Shown here: positions 1-12,289 of the stretch, piece by piece
Position numbering within the stretch: position 1 is the stretch's first letter
How the letters are laid out: each line of letters starts with the position of its first letter
Assembly: GCA_013239625.1 (NCBI GenBank)
Contig: MU057202.1
Span: forward strand, 2,059,101 to 2,123,100
Direction: 5' to 3'
Source: Lama guanicoe
Taxonomy: Eukaryota
DNA: 64,000 bases
Program-made: the position numbers and the translations under genes
Notes under the pieces: model-generated
The model's input: the letters and a program-made list of their open reading frames with translations, nothing else
The model's database searches: none
Told to the model about the DNA's origin: nothing

Positions 1-165
1 CCTCCCGATCATCCCACGGAGAGAACACTACTTATCACCCCCGTTTACGAAAGAGGAGGCGGAGGCACACGGACGTCAGGTGGCTTGTGAAGGACAGGCG
101 GCCCGTGAACAAGGGGCAGAGCTGCAAACACAGCACTCGCGTCCCAGAGTCTGTGCTCTTAAACG
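1..165 (-). mobile_element. MIR SINE fragment
   Basis: ttatcacccccgtttacgaaagaggaggcggaggcacacgg...cccagagtctgtgctcttaaac resembles the antisense MIR core (attatccccattttacagatgaggaaactgaggcacagag...ccagagcccatgctcttaacc). Confidence 0.65.
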
Positions 166-204
166 TGCAGCACTCAGCAAAGAAAAGTAGTCAAACGCAC
201 AGGA

Positions 205-740
205 TTGTGCTGCATAGAAAATACTTTCCTGCCCAAGAAGAAAGCATACGTGTGGAGGGCATTCATTGCAACATGACTTGCAGTTGCAAAATATTGGAAA
301 TTACCAAAATGCCCACACCTAGGACAGCTGGTGGAATAAACCATGGCCCATCCACACAGGAGGCCTATACGGCTGTAAGAAGGAATGAGAAAGTCTGTCG
401 GTGAGTGGTGTGGGGTGACACCAGGGAACAACCTCAAGGGGGGGAACCCTGACTGCAAAGCAGGGCGTACAATGTGCCACATTCGTGTATTAATACATTT
501 ATGTATTACGTCTCTCTCTCAGGCACACACATAGATACCACACACATGCGTGTAATATTGTCCCCCAAAGACACGCAGGATGGATAAGCTCCAAATAATT
601 AAGGCAGTGCATTCCCTACAGGGAGCAGGGGTGGGCGAAGGGTTAGAGGCGGGAGGGCGATGTCCAAGTAGACATTTTTGAATAGTTCTGATTTTTGGAA
701 CTAAGTTCATGTTGATATTTTCCCTATTTAAAAATTTAAA
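205..740 (+). mobile_element. Ancient L1 (L1MC/L1ME-type) ORF2 end and 3' region
   Basis: cattcattgcaacatgacttgcagttgcaaaatattggaaattaccaaaatgccc...aataaaccatggcccatccacacaggagg...aagaaggaatgag matches the L1M 3' consensus pattern. Confidence 0.75.
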
Positions 741-1619
741 TCCATAAGGAAGGGGAAACGTCTGCTGGACGCCTGCACGTTCGCTCGCGGGGGCACCACT
801 TGGCAACGGTGGTCTTTGGCGTGGGGGGTCATCACGATTACTCACACGCGTGCCTGTGGTTTCTGAGGGAGGCCCCATCACAAAGGCTGAGGGCACGGGG
901 CTGTGAAAGGGGTCAGCAGCGGGCTCCCGGGGTGGGCACCAAGAAAAAGTTCCCAAGTCAGATTTGGGGTGCTTGGAAGCAAAAGAAAATCGCCCAGAGA
1001 CGAGTCTCTCCAGGTACAGAAGGCAGTTCTTAGGAGACCCCTGGCAGCTCCGTTCCTCCAGCAGAGTCTCGCCATGACCCCCAAAACAGGGGTCAAGAGG
1101 TCATGATGCTGGGCTCTAGGTGAAGACGCTGAAGGACAGCTTTTGTCCAGATCCGTGTTTGTGGTCTCCCTTTTGGTGCCAGATCCTCTCTCACGGAGCT
1201 GGAGACTCGCTGGAGACGGGGCCAAGCGAGTCAGCAGATAAGAGAATGTGAAATTAAGCTGAACTTCCCTTCCCACTCTGAGCAGCCCAACCCGGCTGTG
1301 GATTTCATGAGAACGGCTCTCTCCTGAGGTTTGTGCTAATTCCTTCTCCCCGCCGGGCTGGGAATGCCATCAAGCAGCTGTGCTGGTGTGGTCCGGGGTG
1401 TCTGAGTCTGTCCTGACAGCCCCTGGAGAGCCCACGCGTCTGCGGACGCAGGGAGGACGTTTCAGGAACCTGCAGCCGTGTCAGAGCAGAGCTCCGAGCT
1501 GAAGAAGGAGGGCCGCTTTGCTCGGTTTTCTGGCTCGTTCCTGGGACTGGTTCTGATTTCATGCTCCTGCGCACTGGGGGCAAGAGTCACCGCCTCACCC
1601 AGTGCGGGTGTGAGAACCT

Positions 1620-1760
1620 CAGTTAGTGCCGGCAAGCCCTGCACGCTTGTCCTGGTTTCTTCTCTCCCAAGCTGTGTGAGCTTGGGGAGGTTCCTTGCCT
1701 TCTCTGAACCCCCGCTGATGCAACGAAAATACTGGTCTCCACCTGCATCCAGGGCTAGAC
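1620..1760 (+). mobile_element. MIR fragment
   Basis: agctgtgtgagcttggggaggttccttgccttctctgaaccc resembles MIR agctgtgtgaccttgggcaagttacttaacctctctgagcct. Confidence 0.6.
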
Positions 1761-1881
1761 CAGACTGTCTTTTGGGAGCCCTCAACCACTTAGCTGTCTG
1801 ATAGACAGCAGCTCTGGGAATCTAACCCAGGTTTGTCCATTCAAAGCCACCAGCCTTTCACCCCTCTCCCAGAAGTCCAGG

Positions 1882-2030
1882 AGGTAAGTGGTTAAAAGTG
1901 CAGACTCCACCCTTCACTGAGCACCTGACTAAATCTCTTCACCCCTCAGTCTCCTCGCCTGTAAAAATGGGCCAATAATAGACCTGTCTCCTGGGGCTGA
2001 TGAAGGACTGACGTGTTGAACTCTCAGAAC
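1882..2030 (+). mobile_element. MIR fragment
   Basis: agtggttaaaagtgcagactc...cctcagtctcctcgcctgtaaaaatgggccaataata contains the MIR head and core. Confidence 0.7.
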
Positions 2031-3224
2031 GGGACAACTTCCACATGCATGGGGCTTCCCAGTCCCACACACACACATGCTCAAGGTCTAGGTCAGAAGA
2101 GTAAATTCACGCACATGCTCCACCACATCCCAGGCAGACATCACCAGTGGAGCCCCAGAAACCTGGCAGGCACGGCTAGTTGACGCCTGAGCCTCATGCC
2201 ATCCCTGGTGCAGGCGTGTGTGGGCCCTTCATCTGTTTTTCATGGAAAATGAGGCTGCCTTTGCAATCTGGAAAATACCCAATTGCCTTTCACGGGTTGA
2301 GAAGTGGCCGCCTCCCTTGGAGGCCTTCCCAAGTGAGGAGAGTCTTCGAGAGAATGGGGATAGGGTCAGATGCCGTTCCTCTGTCTGGGGTCAGGAAGGG
2401 CCGCCTGGAAGGAGGCAGGCGGGGGCGTTGGCCTACAGCGGATGAGATGATTTAGTGATGGCCAACGGCAGAGTACAGTCCCCTTTGTGCGGAGGAGGCC
2501 GCGGGAGGGCACGCCTGTGGTCCGTGGTAACGCAGCCGGTGAGCGGCGGAGCCAGGTGCCCAGCGCCCCGGCCCCCAGCCCCCGGCCTCCTTACCCCCGG
2601 GGCAGCTGAGCGCTTCCCGCTCACTCTTACAGCTGTTTAGAGTCTGTAAACCCGCTAATCCCGGCCGTGTGTCATTCCCCGCCAGTTAATGGGCCTCACT
2701 TCAGTCAGGGCTGAGAGGCCTGGCTCCCCCCTCTGCGCACTTAGTGTCCAAATTTCTGATTTACTGGGAGAAGCCCAGCGTATCCCCTTCCATGTGTTTA
2801 TAACCAGAGCCAGTGTAGGAGGTGCTGGAGGCAGAAAGGTCCTCGCAAAGACTTTTCCGACGGAAGGAGAGGAAGATGCCTTCTTAAGGGCTCTAGGGAA
2901 AAGCTCGGGGAAGAGCTGATCCCACTCACCCTCCAGCTCCCAGGACAACCTTCACGGGGTAAACCTGGAATTCAAAACCCAAGACGCAGCCGGGGAGGGG
3001 CACCCTTGCTGGGCAGAAGGTGCAATGGGAAAACAATTTGGACCTTTTCAACTTATGCAAGTATTTTATCTCTGGTTCTTAAATTCTGCAGAATGCTCTG
3101 GAAAGAAATAAGTTACCCCCCTAAAAGAAGTCTGATTTAGGGTCACCTGACGGACACTGGAAACCCAAGCTGAGTGACTGTGTCTGTGTCACGATCGCCG
3201 GGCCGTGCGCTGTGTTAGGAGGTG

Positions 3225-3346
3225 ACTGTGATCAGAAGCTCCAGCGTGGGACTCAAGCCTGGGTTTAAACCCAGCTTGGTCCCTGTTACGACTTGGGCCG
3301 CATGTCATTCTCTGGGCCTTAGTTTCCTCATCTGGGAAATGGGTGA
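3225..3346 (+). mobile_element. MIR fragment
   Basis: cctgggtttaaacccagct...tctctgggccttagtttcctcatctgggaaatgggtgat is the MIR core. Confidence 0.75.
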
Positions 3347-4785
3347 TCTCAGGCCCCAAGCCACTCAGTCATCCCGACCAGAGTCTGCAGAACGTGAAAG
3401 TTCCCATCAGGGACGTCCGACGGGAATGGGAACCTCTCCAGCAAATCAGGGCTGTTTTGGGAATTAGCCCCCAGAAAGCACTCCAAGAAAGTCACCTGGG
3501 GTTACGCACTGCAGTTCTCAACTCTGGGTCCTTTTGGACACCTGATCACGACTATAACGTTTGTTTCTGTGGCACGTGGCTCAGAGAGGACAGCTGTCAC
3601 TCCTGGAAGCACAGGTGAGTCGGCCCCGGAGCACAGAAATAGCCGATTTATTTCCATGCTGTGACACGATGCCTGTGCTCCCCTGGGTGACGTCGAAGGG
3701 GAGCTGCGGCTTCAGAGGCATCCAGGAGAGCACTTCTCAGACCCCGTCCCGCCCGGCCCGCTGCCCTCGCCAGCGTCTCTCGAAGACGGCTGTCTTCCTT
3801 CAGGCTCATTCCTGAAGTTTCTCCATCACCATCTTTGAAGCCATCCGTCCTTTTCAGGAAAAAAAGGGGGAAAAAAAACACAACGCAGTAGTCTGACATT
3901 CCAAGAAACCCCAGGCAGAGGAATGCAGAAAATCAGAGGGGCCGGTCCTCGGCTCGCGGTTCCTCCGGGAGAGAGAGGATTTCGCACGCTAATGGCCGGG
4001 CCTCCGACGCTGACATTTCCTTACAATGTACTTAAGTCCAGTTTGTTTTGCTTTCTGTCTCCACAACAATTACCAAGATTTATTTTTTACTGCTCTGGTT
4101 CTCGCTGCCAGGACCACACTTCCTTTTTCTCTTTAAAGGAACAGCCATACCGAATGGAGGGGCCTCGGAGGCGAGCATTTTCAATCGCAAAAATGAAAAT
4201 AAACAAGGCTGCACGCCTCCTCTGGAGAAGGCTGCCACTTCCCCGAGCTCCGGGCCGGAAGGGGCTCCTGGCTCTTCTCTGCTTGACACGTGGGTTCACG
4301 CAGCCACTTGGTCGCAGCTCCCGGAGAGGCGGGTTGTCAGAGAAATCGTCCTCCCCCAGGGGCTCCTCGAGGACCCCCGGGAGCCTGAAAAGGCACTGTG
4401 TTCTCATCAGCTGGTGGCTGGGTTTCTTGTGGGCTGATGGAGACCAGGGCGGCGGGAGTGCGTCCTTCTCAGAGCTGAAACGGTTTTCTACGATCGCGGT
4501 TTGTAGCCGAGGGACCCACATGAGTATCCAGATTGTCTAAGCAGGTTTGTCTGTGTCTTTCCTGGAGGCCCTTTGCTCTGAAGGCAAAGGGCCCTGCGGA
4601 TGCCACGTGGCGATGCAGGGCCGTCCAGCAAGGCAGGGAGAGCACCAGTGCCGGGTGTGCGTCCCCGCGTCGCCAGGTCCCAGCTGTGCGACCAGAGAAG
4701 TTTACTCACCCTCTCTGAGCTCCAGTTTCATCACTGGAAAGTGCCTGCCTCCCTGGGCTGCTGTGAAGAGCCCCTGAGACCACGG

Positions 4786-5176
4786 ATGGTAGCAGACTTG
4801 CACACCCTGGCAGAGGTCGCTATGGGCAGCGGCATGATGGCCCGTCGTGAGATGGGGAGGTGGCCCTGGATTATCCTGGTGGGTCCCCTGCAACAGCAGG
4901 GTCTTTATAGGAGGGAGGCAGGAGGCCAGAGTCAGAGGAGGGGTTGTGACGATGGAAGCAGAGGGTGGAGGGACGCAGGGCCGCGAGCCCAGGGATGCGG
5001 GCGCCGTTAGAATCTGGAAGAGGCAAAGGGACAATTCTCCTCTGGAGCCACCAGAGGGACCAGCCCTGAGACACCTTGGCTTGACCCAGTGGGAGCCGTT
5101 CCCGGTTTCTGACCCCCAGGCTGTAGGAGAGCACGGGTCTGGGCATGCGACACAGCGGCCCCAGGAAGGGAGCACA
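4786..5176 (+). mobile_element. MaLR solo LTR (MLT1D-like)
   Basis: gagatggggaggtggccctggattatcctggtgggtccc...gtgacgatggaagcagag...ctggaagaggcaaagggacaattctcctctggagccaccagagg are diagnostic MLT1D segments. Confidence 0.85.
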
Positions 5177-5569
5177 GACCAGCCGCCGCCGCCCCCTCCC
5201 TGACAGCGGTGGCGCGGAGGGCTCCGCGCTGCCTCCTCCCCGGGCTGTCTTCTTGGGATCCACCTGAAGCTGCACACCTGGCCCTCTGTTCACTCATGCC
5301 CAAGCGCCAAGAACCCGCTGGGACGCCGCCAACGCCAACACATCCGGAGCCCCTGTCCTCGCACACTCCCCGCCTCTGCTCCGCTCCTCACCCAGCAGCC
5401 AGTCCTCCTCCAAAAGCAGGTCAGGCCACAGCCCGCTGCTTAACCCTCGAGCTTTCCCCTCTGCTCAGTCCCTGCTCCTAGTCTGTCCTCTGCCCTCCTG
5501 CTGCCCCTGCCTCCTGTCCCAGGGCCAGTGGGGCGGCCGCCGCCCCTCGGTGAGCATCCTCCCAGTGCA

Positions 5570-5690
5570 CCCACTCACTCATGGCTTCCCCTCCTTCAGG
5601 TCTTCGCTCTCATGCCCCCTTCTCTTCGAGACCCTCCCTGACCTCCCTCTCCCCTCTCCTGCTTTATTCCCACATGGCCCCATCAACTGG
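5570..5690 (+). mobile_element. L2 LINE fragment
   Basis: ctccttcaggtcttcgctctcatgcccccttctcttcgagaccctccctgacc resembles L2a ctccttcaggtctttgctcaaatgtcaccttctcagtgaggccttccctgacc. Confidence 0.6.
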
Positions 5691-6029
5691 CAATCAGCTC
5701 AGGAAGGAAGCCATGCACCCTGGTCGCCTGGGGACGGGGAACAGAGCAGGTGGAGGAGGTGGAGAGGAGCTTGGCTGGGGGGCCGCATGGCTGACATCCG
5801 TCCGGCACCAAAGCCCCTCCCAGGCCTGCCTCTTGTCCTGGTTCTGCTCCTTTTCCAAGCCTTGTTCTATAGCCTTCCAGCAATTTCCTGACCTCGGGAG
5901 AATGTGCCTGTCTGCTTGAAGGAGCCCAGCCCGCTTCTCAGTGCACGGCCGTCGGCCCTGACGCCCTGCCTGCTGCTCGGGTGCTGAAGTCTGTTGTCTC
6001 TTGAGGACCCACATCTCTCTCTGAAGCTC

Positions 6030-6445
6030 TCTGGCTTCGTGTCCTGGCACCGCCAGAACAAAGCACCACACCCTGGGGGAGCTGAAAACAACAGAAATGT
6101 GTTCTCTCACAGTTGCTGGGGCCAGAAGCTCGAAATCAAGGTGTGGGCGGGCTGGGTTCCTTGTGAGGCCGCAGAGAATCTGCCCAGGCCTCTCCCTGGG
6201 CCTCCTGGCTCTGCGGCCGTCTCGGATGTCCCTGGGATTGGAGGCGCATCGCCCGATTTCAGCCCGCCCCTTCGCATCACTTTGGACTCTGCACAGTCAT
6301 CCCTGTGTCCACACTCCCACACCCCCCGCCCCGTTTAACAAGGGCACCAGACAGACTGCATTAGGGCCCACCCTATAAGGCCTCGTTCTCACGGGTTACG
6401 CCTGCGACAACCCTGTTTCCAAACACGGCCACACTGCCGTGTATT
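6030..6445 (-). mobile_element. MaLR solo LTR (MLT1B/C-like)
   Basis: aacaaagcaccacaccctgggggagctgaaaacaacagaaatgtgttctctcacagttgctggggccagaagctcgaaatcaaggtgtgggc...ttagggcccaccct...accctgtttccaaac is antisense MLT1. Confidence 0.85.
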
Positions 6446-6560
6446 TAAACTCCAGGAAGGCAGGGCGTTTGGTCTTGTCTGTACGCTGCCGCGACCCAGT
6501 GCCCCCAGAATGGCACCTGGCACATGGCGGGGCTCAATGAATGCTTGCTGAGTGAATGAA
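6446..6560 (+). mobile_element. L2 3' tail
   Basis: cccagtgcccccagaatggcacctggcacatggcggggctcaatgaatgcttgctgagtgaatgaa is the L2 terminus. Confidence 0.75.
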
Positions 6561-8339
6561 CAAGAGACGACTCTCCCGCGTCCTCTGGTCGACAGTGCGC
6601 CCGCCCAGGCCAGGACCCGGGCGGCTTTATCGGGGCAAACATTCAGTGAGTGCTTGGAAAATGGAATCACTTTTTGGTCCGGAGGCGAAATTTCCTGTGA
6701 CTCAGTAAATCACTGTAACTCATGAAGGAATCACAATCCCAGAGGAACAGAAGTTTCAACTATGCAGATTATTTCTGAGCTTTTAAAAAGTGTCTCTTCA
6801 AAGACGTCAGTCCCCGGGGACCGCTGGCTCTCCAGAAAGCCCGACTTTCCACTCTCTTAAGCAGCTCATTTTGGCCCTGAGACAAGGTCCAGTTGGTGGT
6901 TTTTAATAAATAATGGTGTGTGTGTGTATGTTACAAAAGTAAAATTGGGAAAATTTACAGAAGTAGAGGGAATTAAGGAAAAATAACCCATCAGTCACAG
7001 ACAGCCAGATTGTTAATGTGTCATTATATTTCTTTCTGGTCTTTTTTTCTGTATGTCTATTTTTATGTGGTGATAAACAAATTTAAGTGCAATTGGGTTG
7101 CTGCTTCAGTTAAACAAAAATCCATCTTGAAAATATTCTCCAGTTTCCACTCAATTCTAACCCCCGGAGGCGCTGGCTGGTGGGGGTGGGGAGCCCGGAT
7201 GGGGCTGGGGGGGTGGAGTGGGGAGGAGCCGCGAGGGCTTGGGTCTGGGATGGGAGGGACCGAGCGGCAGCTGCCGGTCCTGGGCAAGGCTGTTCCCGGA
7301 ATCCCAGGACTTGGATGCCCACGTGGATGGCACTGCTGAGATGGGTGTAAAACCAGGACAAACAGCGCCGTGAAACCCATTTCCTGGCCGGGGCTCCCGG
7401 TTCACCCGCAACGTGCACTTTCCCAAGTACAAGGCCCTTCTGGAGCATGGGTGGGAAAGTGCGGCCGCTTCCCACCGAGAGAGCGGCTCCAAGTCGGCGG
7501 GGATCCGGGACAATGCCGTCGGTATTTTGGAGGGGAAATGATACATCCCCACGGCCGAGAGCACTGGGGCCGATTCAGGCTTTGTGGTGGCCGCTGATGT
7601 CATTTCAGAGAAAGACTAAAAAGCTGTTTTGTTTTTCAGACTGTGTCTCTGAAATTGTCTTCTTTAAAAAAAATTCTGATTTTAACCCAGTGTGGACGTT
7701 CCAAACCCCAAACCTCTAATCCAGGCCTGCTTGAAGGCCCCTGCCCCGGGCCGGTGCTGGCGCCGGACGCTGGTGGCCGACGGGGAAGCGCGGAGGTCGC
7801 CCAGTTCAGTCCACCGCAGAGCTTGCCGGCCGAGACCCTCCTGTGCTGCTGGCCTGCGGGGGGCCCGCGAGCGGGTGGGCGGTGGGGAGGCCCGCGAGCG
7901 GGGCGTTTGTCTTCTCGAAGGCCGCGTGGCTGTCCGAGAACGCCACAGAGTGTCTTCCAAAAGCCTATCTTCCGAGGGTGCGGGGGAGGCTCACCCTTGG
8001 CTGACATGCTGGGAACCATGCTGGGAACGTCCTGAGTGCTGCCGTGTGGGCTGGCACTCAAGTCCGGGTAAACAGGAGAGTGGCGAGGGGAGGGGTGCAA
8101 GGAAAGCCCCCGCCTGCATGGCCGGTGGGGCAGGAAGGGTTAGAGCAGGCCCCCTCTCAGCCAGGAAGCCCCCTCCTTGACCCTCTCTTGTCTGCCCAGT
8201 CTCCCAAGCAGGAAAGGATCAGCACGGCCCTTTCCAACAACAGTCCCGGACGCGATGCTGCCGTCTGACAGACGGGTGGAGCGTGATTGGCCCTTAGCTG
8301 CTAGGTCAAAATTACGCTGGGTTGCCTGGGACTGAGGCC

Positions 8340-8530
8340 CTACTGTGTGGCCGAGTTCAGTGCCTGGGGCTTCCTATGAGCCGTCGGAGTCAGTGCTCAC
8401 GGCAATGCTGTGGGTGGGCCATTTCCCAGATGGAGAGACTGAGGCGAAGGCCACCCCACTGGAAACAGCAGAGCTGGGATTCATGCCTGGGCCTGATGGA
8501 TTTTCCTTATTTCTCGCACCACACTGCCTT
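8340..8530 (-). mobile_element. MIR fragment
   Basis: ccatttcccagatggagagactgaggc...cagagctgggattcatgcctggg is antisense MIR. Confidence 0.65.
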
Positions 8531-8541
8531 TAGGTGAGGGC

Positions 8542-8962
8542 TGCTCCAGGGGGCTGAATGTGTCCCCTCCAAAGATATGCTCATGTCCTGACCCCTGGTA
8601 CCAGTAAACGGGACCTTATTTGGAGAAAGGGTCTTCGCAGATGTATTCAAGGGTCTTAAGATGAGAGGACAAGTTTCGTATGAGAGACAGCAGGGGAGGC
8701 GACACAGGGGAGGCCACATGGAGACAGAGGAGAGGTGGGAGAGTCTTGTCTGCAAGCCAAAGACAGCCAGGCGTCGCTGGCAGCGCCAGAGGCTGGGAGA
8801 GGGGCTGGGGCCAGGTCCTCACCAAGGGCCTCCAGGGGGACAGCCCTGCCCACACCTGAACTGGGACCCCTGGCCTCCAGAACTGGGGACAACAAAATTC
8901 CACCGCTTTTTGCCACCAAGTTGGTGTTAACTGTTCACAGCAGCCTAGGAGTGGGCTGACCG
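8542..8962 (+). mobile_element. MaLR solo LTR (MLT1B/C-like), near full length
   Basis: gggctgaatgtgtcccctccaaagatatg...gaccttatttggagaaagggtcttcgcagatgta...ctggcctccagaactg...cagcagcctagga. Confidence 0.9.
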
Positions 8963-9947
8963 CCCCTCCATGCTTTACTCTTCCTGCATCAAGTGTGAGG
9001 GGTGCTGGTACCAGGCTGGCTCCTGGGGGTCGGGGTGCCCAGTGAGTGCCATCCCCAGTTCCCAAGCTCCACTGCCTGCAGGCATCCTTCCTGCAGGCAG
9101 AGGGTCCCGCTCAGGACGGGTCACCCTCTTCTTCTGCCCACACACACCCCAAGAGCCACGGTGCAGCCCAGCTAGGAAAAGATGCCATCCATGCATCCGA
9201 TGCTCACCCAGTGTCGCTCTGAGCTTGCTCAGAGGGCTGCCTGACGATGCTCATTTTACTGATGGAAACCCTGAGGCCCAGAGAAATGCAGTGGGTCACA
9301 CAAGGCGTGGGCTGTGCAGCAGCCCCAAGTGCTAGCTGCACAACAGGCTGTCCTGGTGGTGACACAGCAACACCACAACAGTCGCACACGTTGTTCTCAG
9401 ACCTTGGGGTTGACGGGCCTTGGCCAGCAGCTCTCACGCAGCGTCTCCTGTGCGAGCACACTCAGCGGGGGCCGGCTGGGGTCATCTGTAGACTTTGCAC
9501 ACTCTTCTCTCTCTGTCTGTCTCCCTATCCCAGTCTGTCTGTCCCTGCCCCAGCCACTCCCTGACCCTCCTGCCACCTACACATTGGCCATAGCGTGACG
9601 GAACATCTGGGCATCTTACGTGTTGGTCAAAGACTCCCGGAGTGCGTGTCCCAAGACAGACCAGCAGAGGCTGCCTGGCCTTTTCTAATGCCCCTGGGAA
9701 GTCACACGGAGCCGAGTCGGCCCCCCACCACCAGCCCTTGACGAAGACCATCACACAACTGGCAGAGTTCAAGTCCTCCCTGACGTGACAGCCAGTCCCG
9801 GCCCCTCCAACCCTCCCACGCTGGCTCCCCCGGACCCTCTCCTTCCTCTGTGTCTCCCTCCTCTGCTCTCCAGCCTTCCGGAGGCAACAGGGAGTCACAT
9901 CCGGCCCGGAGGATGCTCCCACCGGGGAGCCGGGCCAGCCCCGTGAG

Positions 9948-10241
9948 CCTCCCCAGCCACGTGAGCACAACCGCATCCCAGAGAAATACCTGTGATGGTA
10001 TTTGGACAAACGCCTGTGATCCGTGCTCTTCCTGAGACACGGCCACGGAGCTGTCAAACTTCCGAAGCAATATTTCTATAACTAGCCGGTTCGGCTTTAG
10101 AGCCCCCTCCCCAGCCACGTGAGCACAACCGCATCCCAGAGAAATACCTGTGATGGTATTTGGACAAACGCCTGTGATCCGTGCTCTTCCTGAGACACGG
10201 CCACGGAGCTGTCAAACTTCCGAAGCAATATTTCTATAACT
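9948..10241. repeat. Perfect 136-bp direct duplication (9948-10083 and 10106-10241)
   Basis: The two copies are identical from cctccccagccacgtgag to tatttctataact, offset 158 bp, with 22 nt between them. Confidence 0.97.
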
Positions 10242-10484
10242 CAGTGAATTTTGGGCGTGAGAAGTGTAACCTTAGGGCGGGACCACGGACTCGTCCCTAA
10301 CGGGACAAAACGCACAGCCTGTGGGTTTCTACCACAGGTTTACACTTTTAACATTTACAACCAATAAACATCAGCTCCAGCATCAACATAAGAAAAAGAA
10401 GACCATAAATCCTGCCCCCCAGTCCCTTTAGGAACGGAGTCCAGACCACAGGGCCTGCTGTCATATTTTAATTGCCGCTGGTCC

Positions 10485-10695
10485 CGGCGTGCTTACCCGG
10501 GGCCAGATTCTGCGCCAGGCTGCCCACAGTTCTCGTCTCAGTGGATCCTTACCACCTCTATTGTTGTTCCAGTTCTAGAGAGAGGGAAGCCAAGGGTTGG
10601 AGATGGTTAGTCACTTGCTCAAGGTCGTGCTGGCAAAAGGCGGGGCCAGGGCACACATCGCTGTCACTGAGTGAACACTGCGCTCATACCCCCAT
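10485..10695 (-). mobile_element. MIR fragment
   Basis: gagatggttagtcacttgctcaaggtcgtgctggcaaaaggcggggccagg resembles antisense MIR gaggttaagtaacttgcccaaggtcacacagctagtaagtggcagagccagg. Confidence 0.6.
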
Positions 10696-10964
10696 CACTA
10701 AAGCTCTTTCTCAGGAGGGCAGCGTACTTCAGAACCTACACAGCGGCTCTTACTGGAGGTTCGGATTGCAATGCTCCACCTCTGAACAAATTAATTGTCA
10801 TGTGAACTTGGTGGCGCTGGGCCTGAGGGGCTTGAGGAGACTGGGAGCTAGTAGATGAATTTGTCCCGGAGCTCAGCCCCCGACCAGGGACAGTGAGATG
10901 CTGTCCTAGGGAATTCCTTCGGCTCAGGGAAAGCAGGGAGAGGAAGCGCCCTTTTTTGGGAAAG

Positions 10965-12270
10965 AGATTCTGAACAGGAAACAATAGAGAAAACCAGTGA
11001 ACCCCAAAGCTGGTTCTTGGAGAAGATCGATGAAAGCGATAACCATCCAGCCGCGTTAATCAGGAAAAGAGAGAAAAGACGCAAGTTAGCAGCATCAGGA
11101 CCGGGAGCACTGACGCCACCACAGACCCGACAGGCGGCCTGGGGAAAGCGGGCAAACTGCTTGAGAGGTACAGACCGCCAAAGCCAGCTCGAGAAGGAAC
11201 GGGCAGCCTGAATGGTGACAGCGGTTAATCAAATTATATTAAATTATATTTGGTCAGAAACCTGCCCACAGAGAGTACCCCAGGCCCACCTGACGTCACT
11301 GGCAGAGCCTATCAAACACTTGAGGAGGATCATTACTCCAGTTTTACACACACTTTTCTAGAAAATTGAAAAGAACGCATTCAGTGAGTCAGCTGATCCT
11401 GACACCAAATCCAGGCAAAGGAATTACTAACAAGGAGAATTATAGACCAATATTCCTCACAAACACAGAAGCAAAAAATCTAAATAAAATTTGGGAAATC
11501 AAACCCAGTGATGCATTGAAAGGAGACCACAGCATGAATACCGGATCCCCAGGGAGGTCCGTCCCAGGAAGGCAAGGTTGACTGGTTGGAAAGTCAATAC
11601 AATTCATCATATTAACAAACTGAAAAAGAAAATCATCTCAACAAAGATTAAAAAGGAACGTTTAACAACACCTAACACCCTTTCCCGATCTTAACGGCTC
11701 AGAACGACGCGTAGAAGGAAGTTTCCTTTCCTTGAAAGCCACAGACTCTCACAGCCCCACCATACACCAGAGCAGCTCAAAATGGGCCACGGATCTGCAT
11801 GTACAGCCCAAAGCTACAGAACTTCTGGAAGAGAAGGAGGGAACACTTGTGGCTGTGTTAGGCAGACTTCTCAGATTTGTCGTGATCCATAGCTCTAACC
11901 TAGCATGATCTAGAAATAAGCAGTTTGAAATTTTGAACTGCATCAAAATGCAAAACTTCTGCTTTCAAAAGACTCTGAGGAGAATTCAAAGAAAAGCTTC
12001 ATAATGAGGGGAAATATCTGAAAACCATACATCTGAGAAAGGACATTTATTCCGAATGTATGAAGAACTCTCAAAACTCAATCATAAGAGAACAAACAAC
12101 CTGACATAAAAATGGGCAAGAGCCTGGAACAGGCACATCACCGGAGAAGACCTATGGATACAAATCACCACATGCACAGGTGCGTGACACCATTAGTCAT
12201 TTGGGAAATGCACATAAAACCACAGAGAGATACCACTATACACCTAGGAAGACAGCCAGAATCAACGTTT
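10965..12270 (+). mobile_element. Degraded L1 ORF2 (L1M), internally deleted
   Basis: Residual peptides EKIDESDNHPAALIRKREK (L1 EKINKIDKPLARLIKKKREK), LILTPNPGKGITNKENYRPIFLTNTEAKNLNKI (RT region, L1 [33 protein letters not shown]) and PLVIWEMHIKPQRDTT; many stops and frameshifts. Confidence 0.92.
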
Positions 12271-12289
12271 GACCACACCTGCATAGGGG

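Noticed and set aside
9072-9100. Hairpin ctgcctgcagg-catcctt-cctgcaggcag
   Set aside because: Too short for a pre-miRNA and built from a duplicated self-complementary cctgcagg; no supporting context.
9948-10241. Repeat-spacer-repeat pattern as a CRISPR-like array
   Set aside because: Only two units, the repeat (136 bp) is far too long, the context is mammalian, and there are no cas genes.
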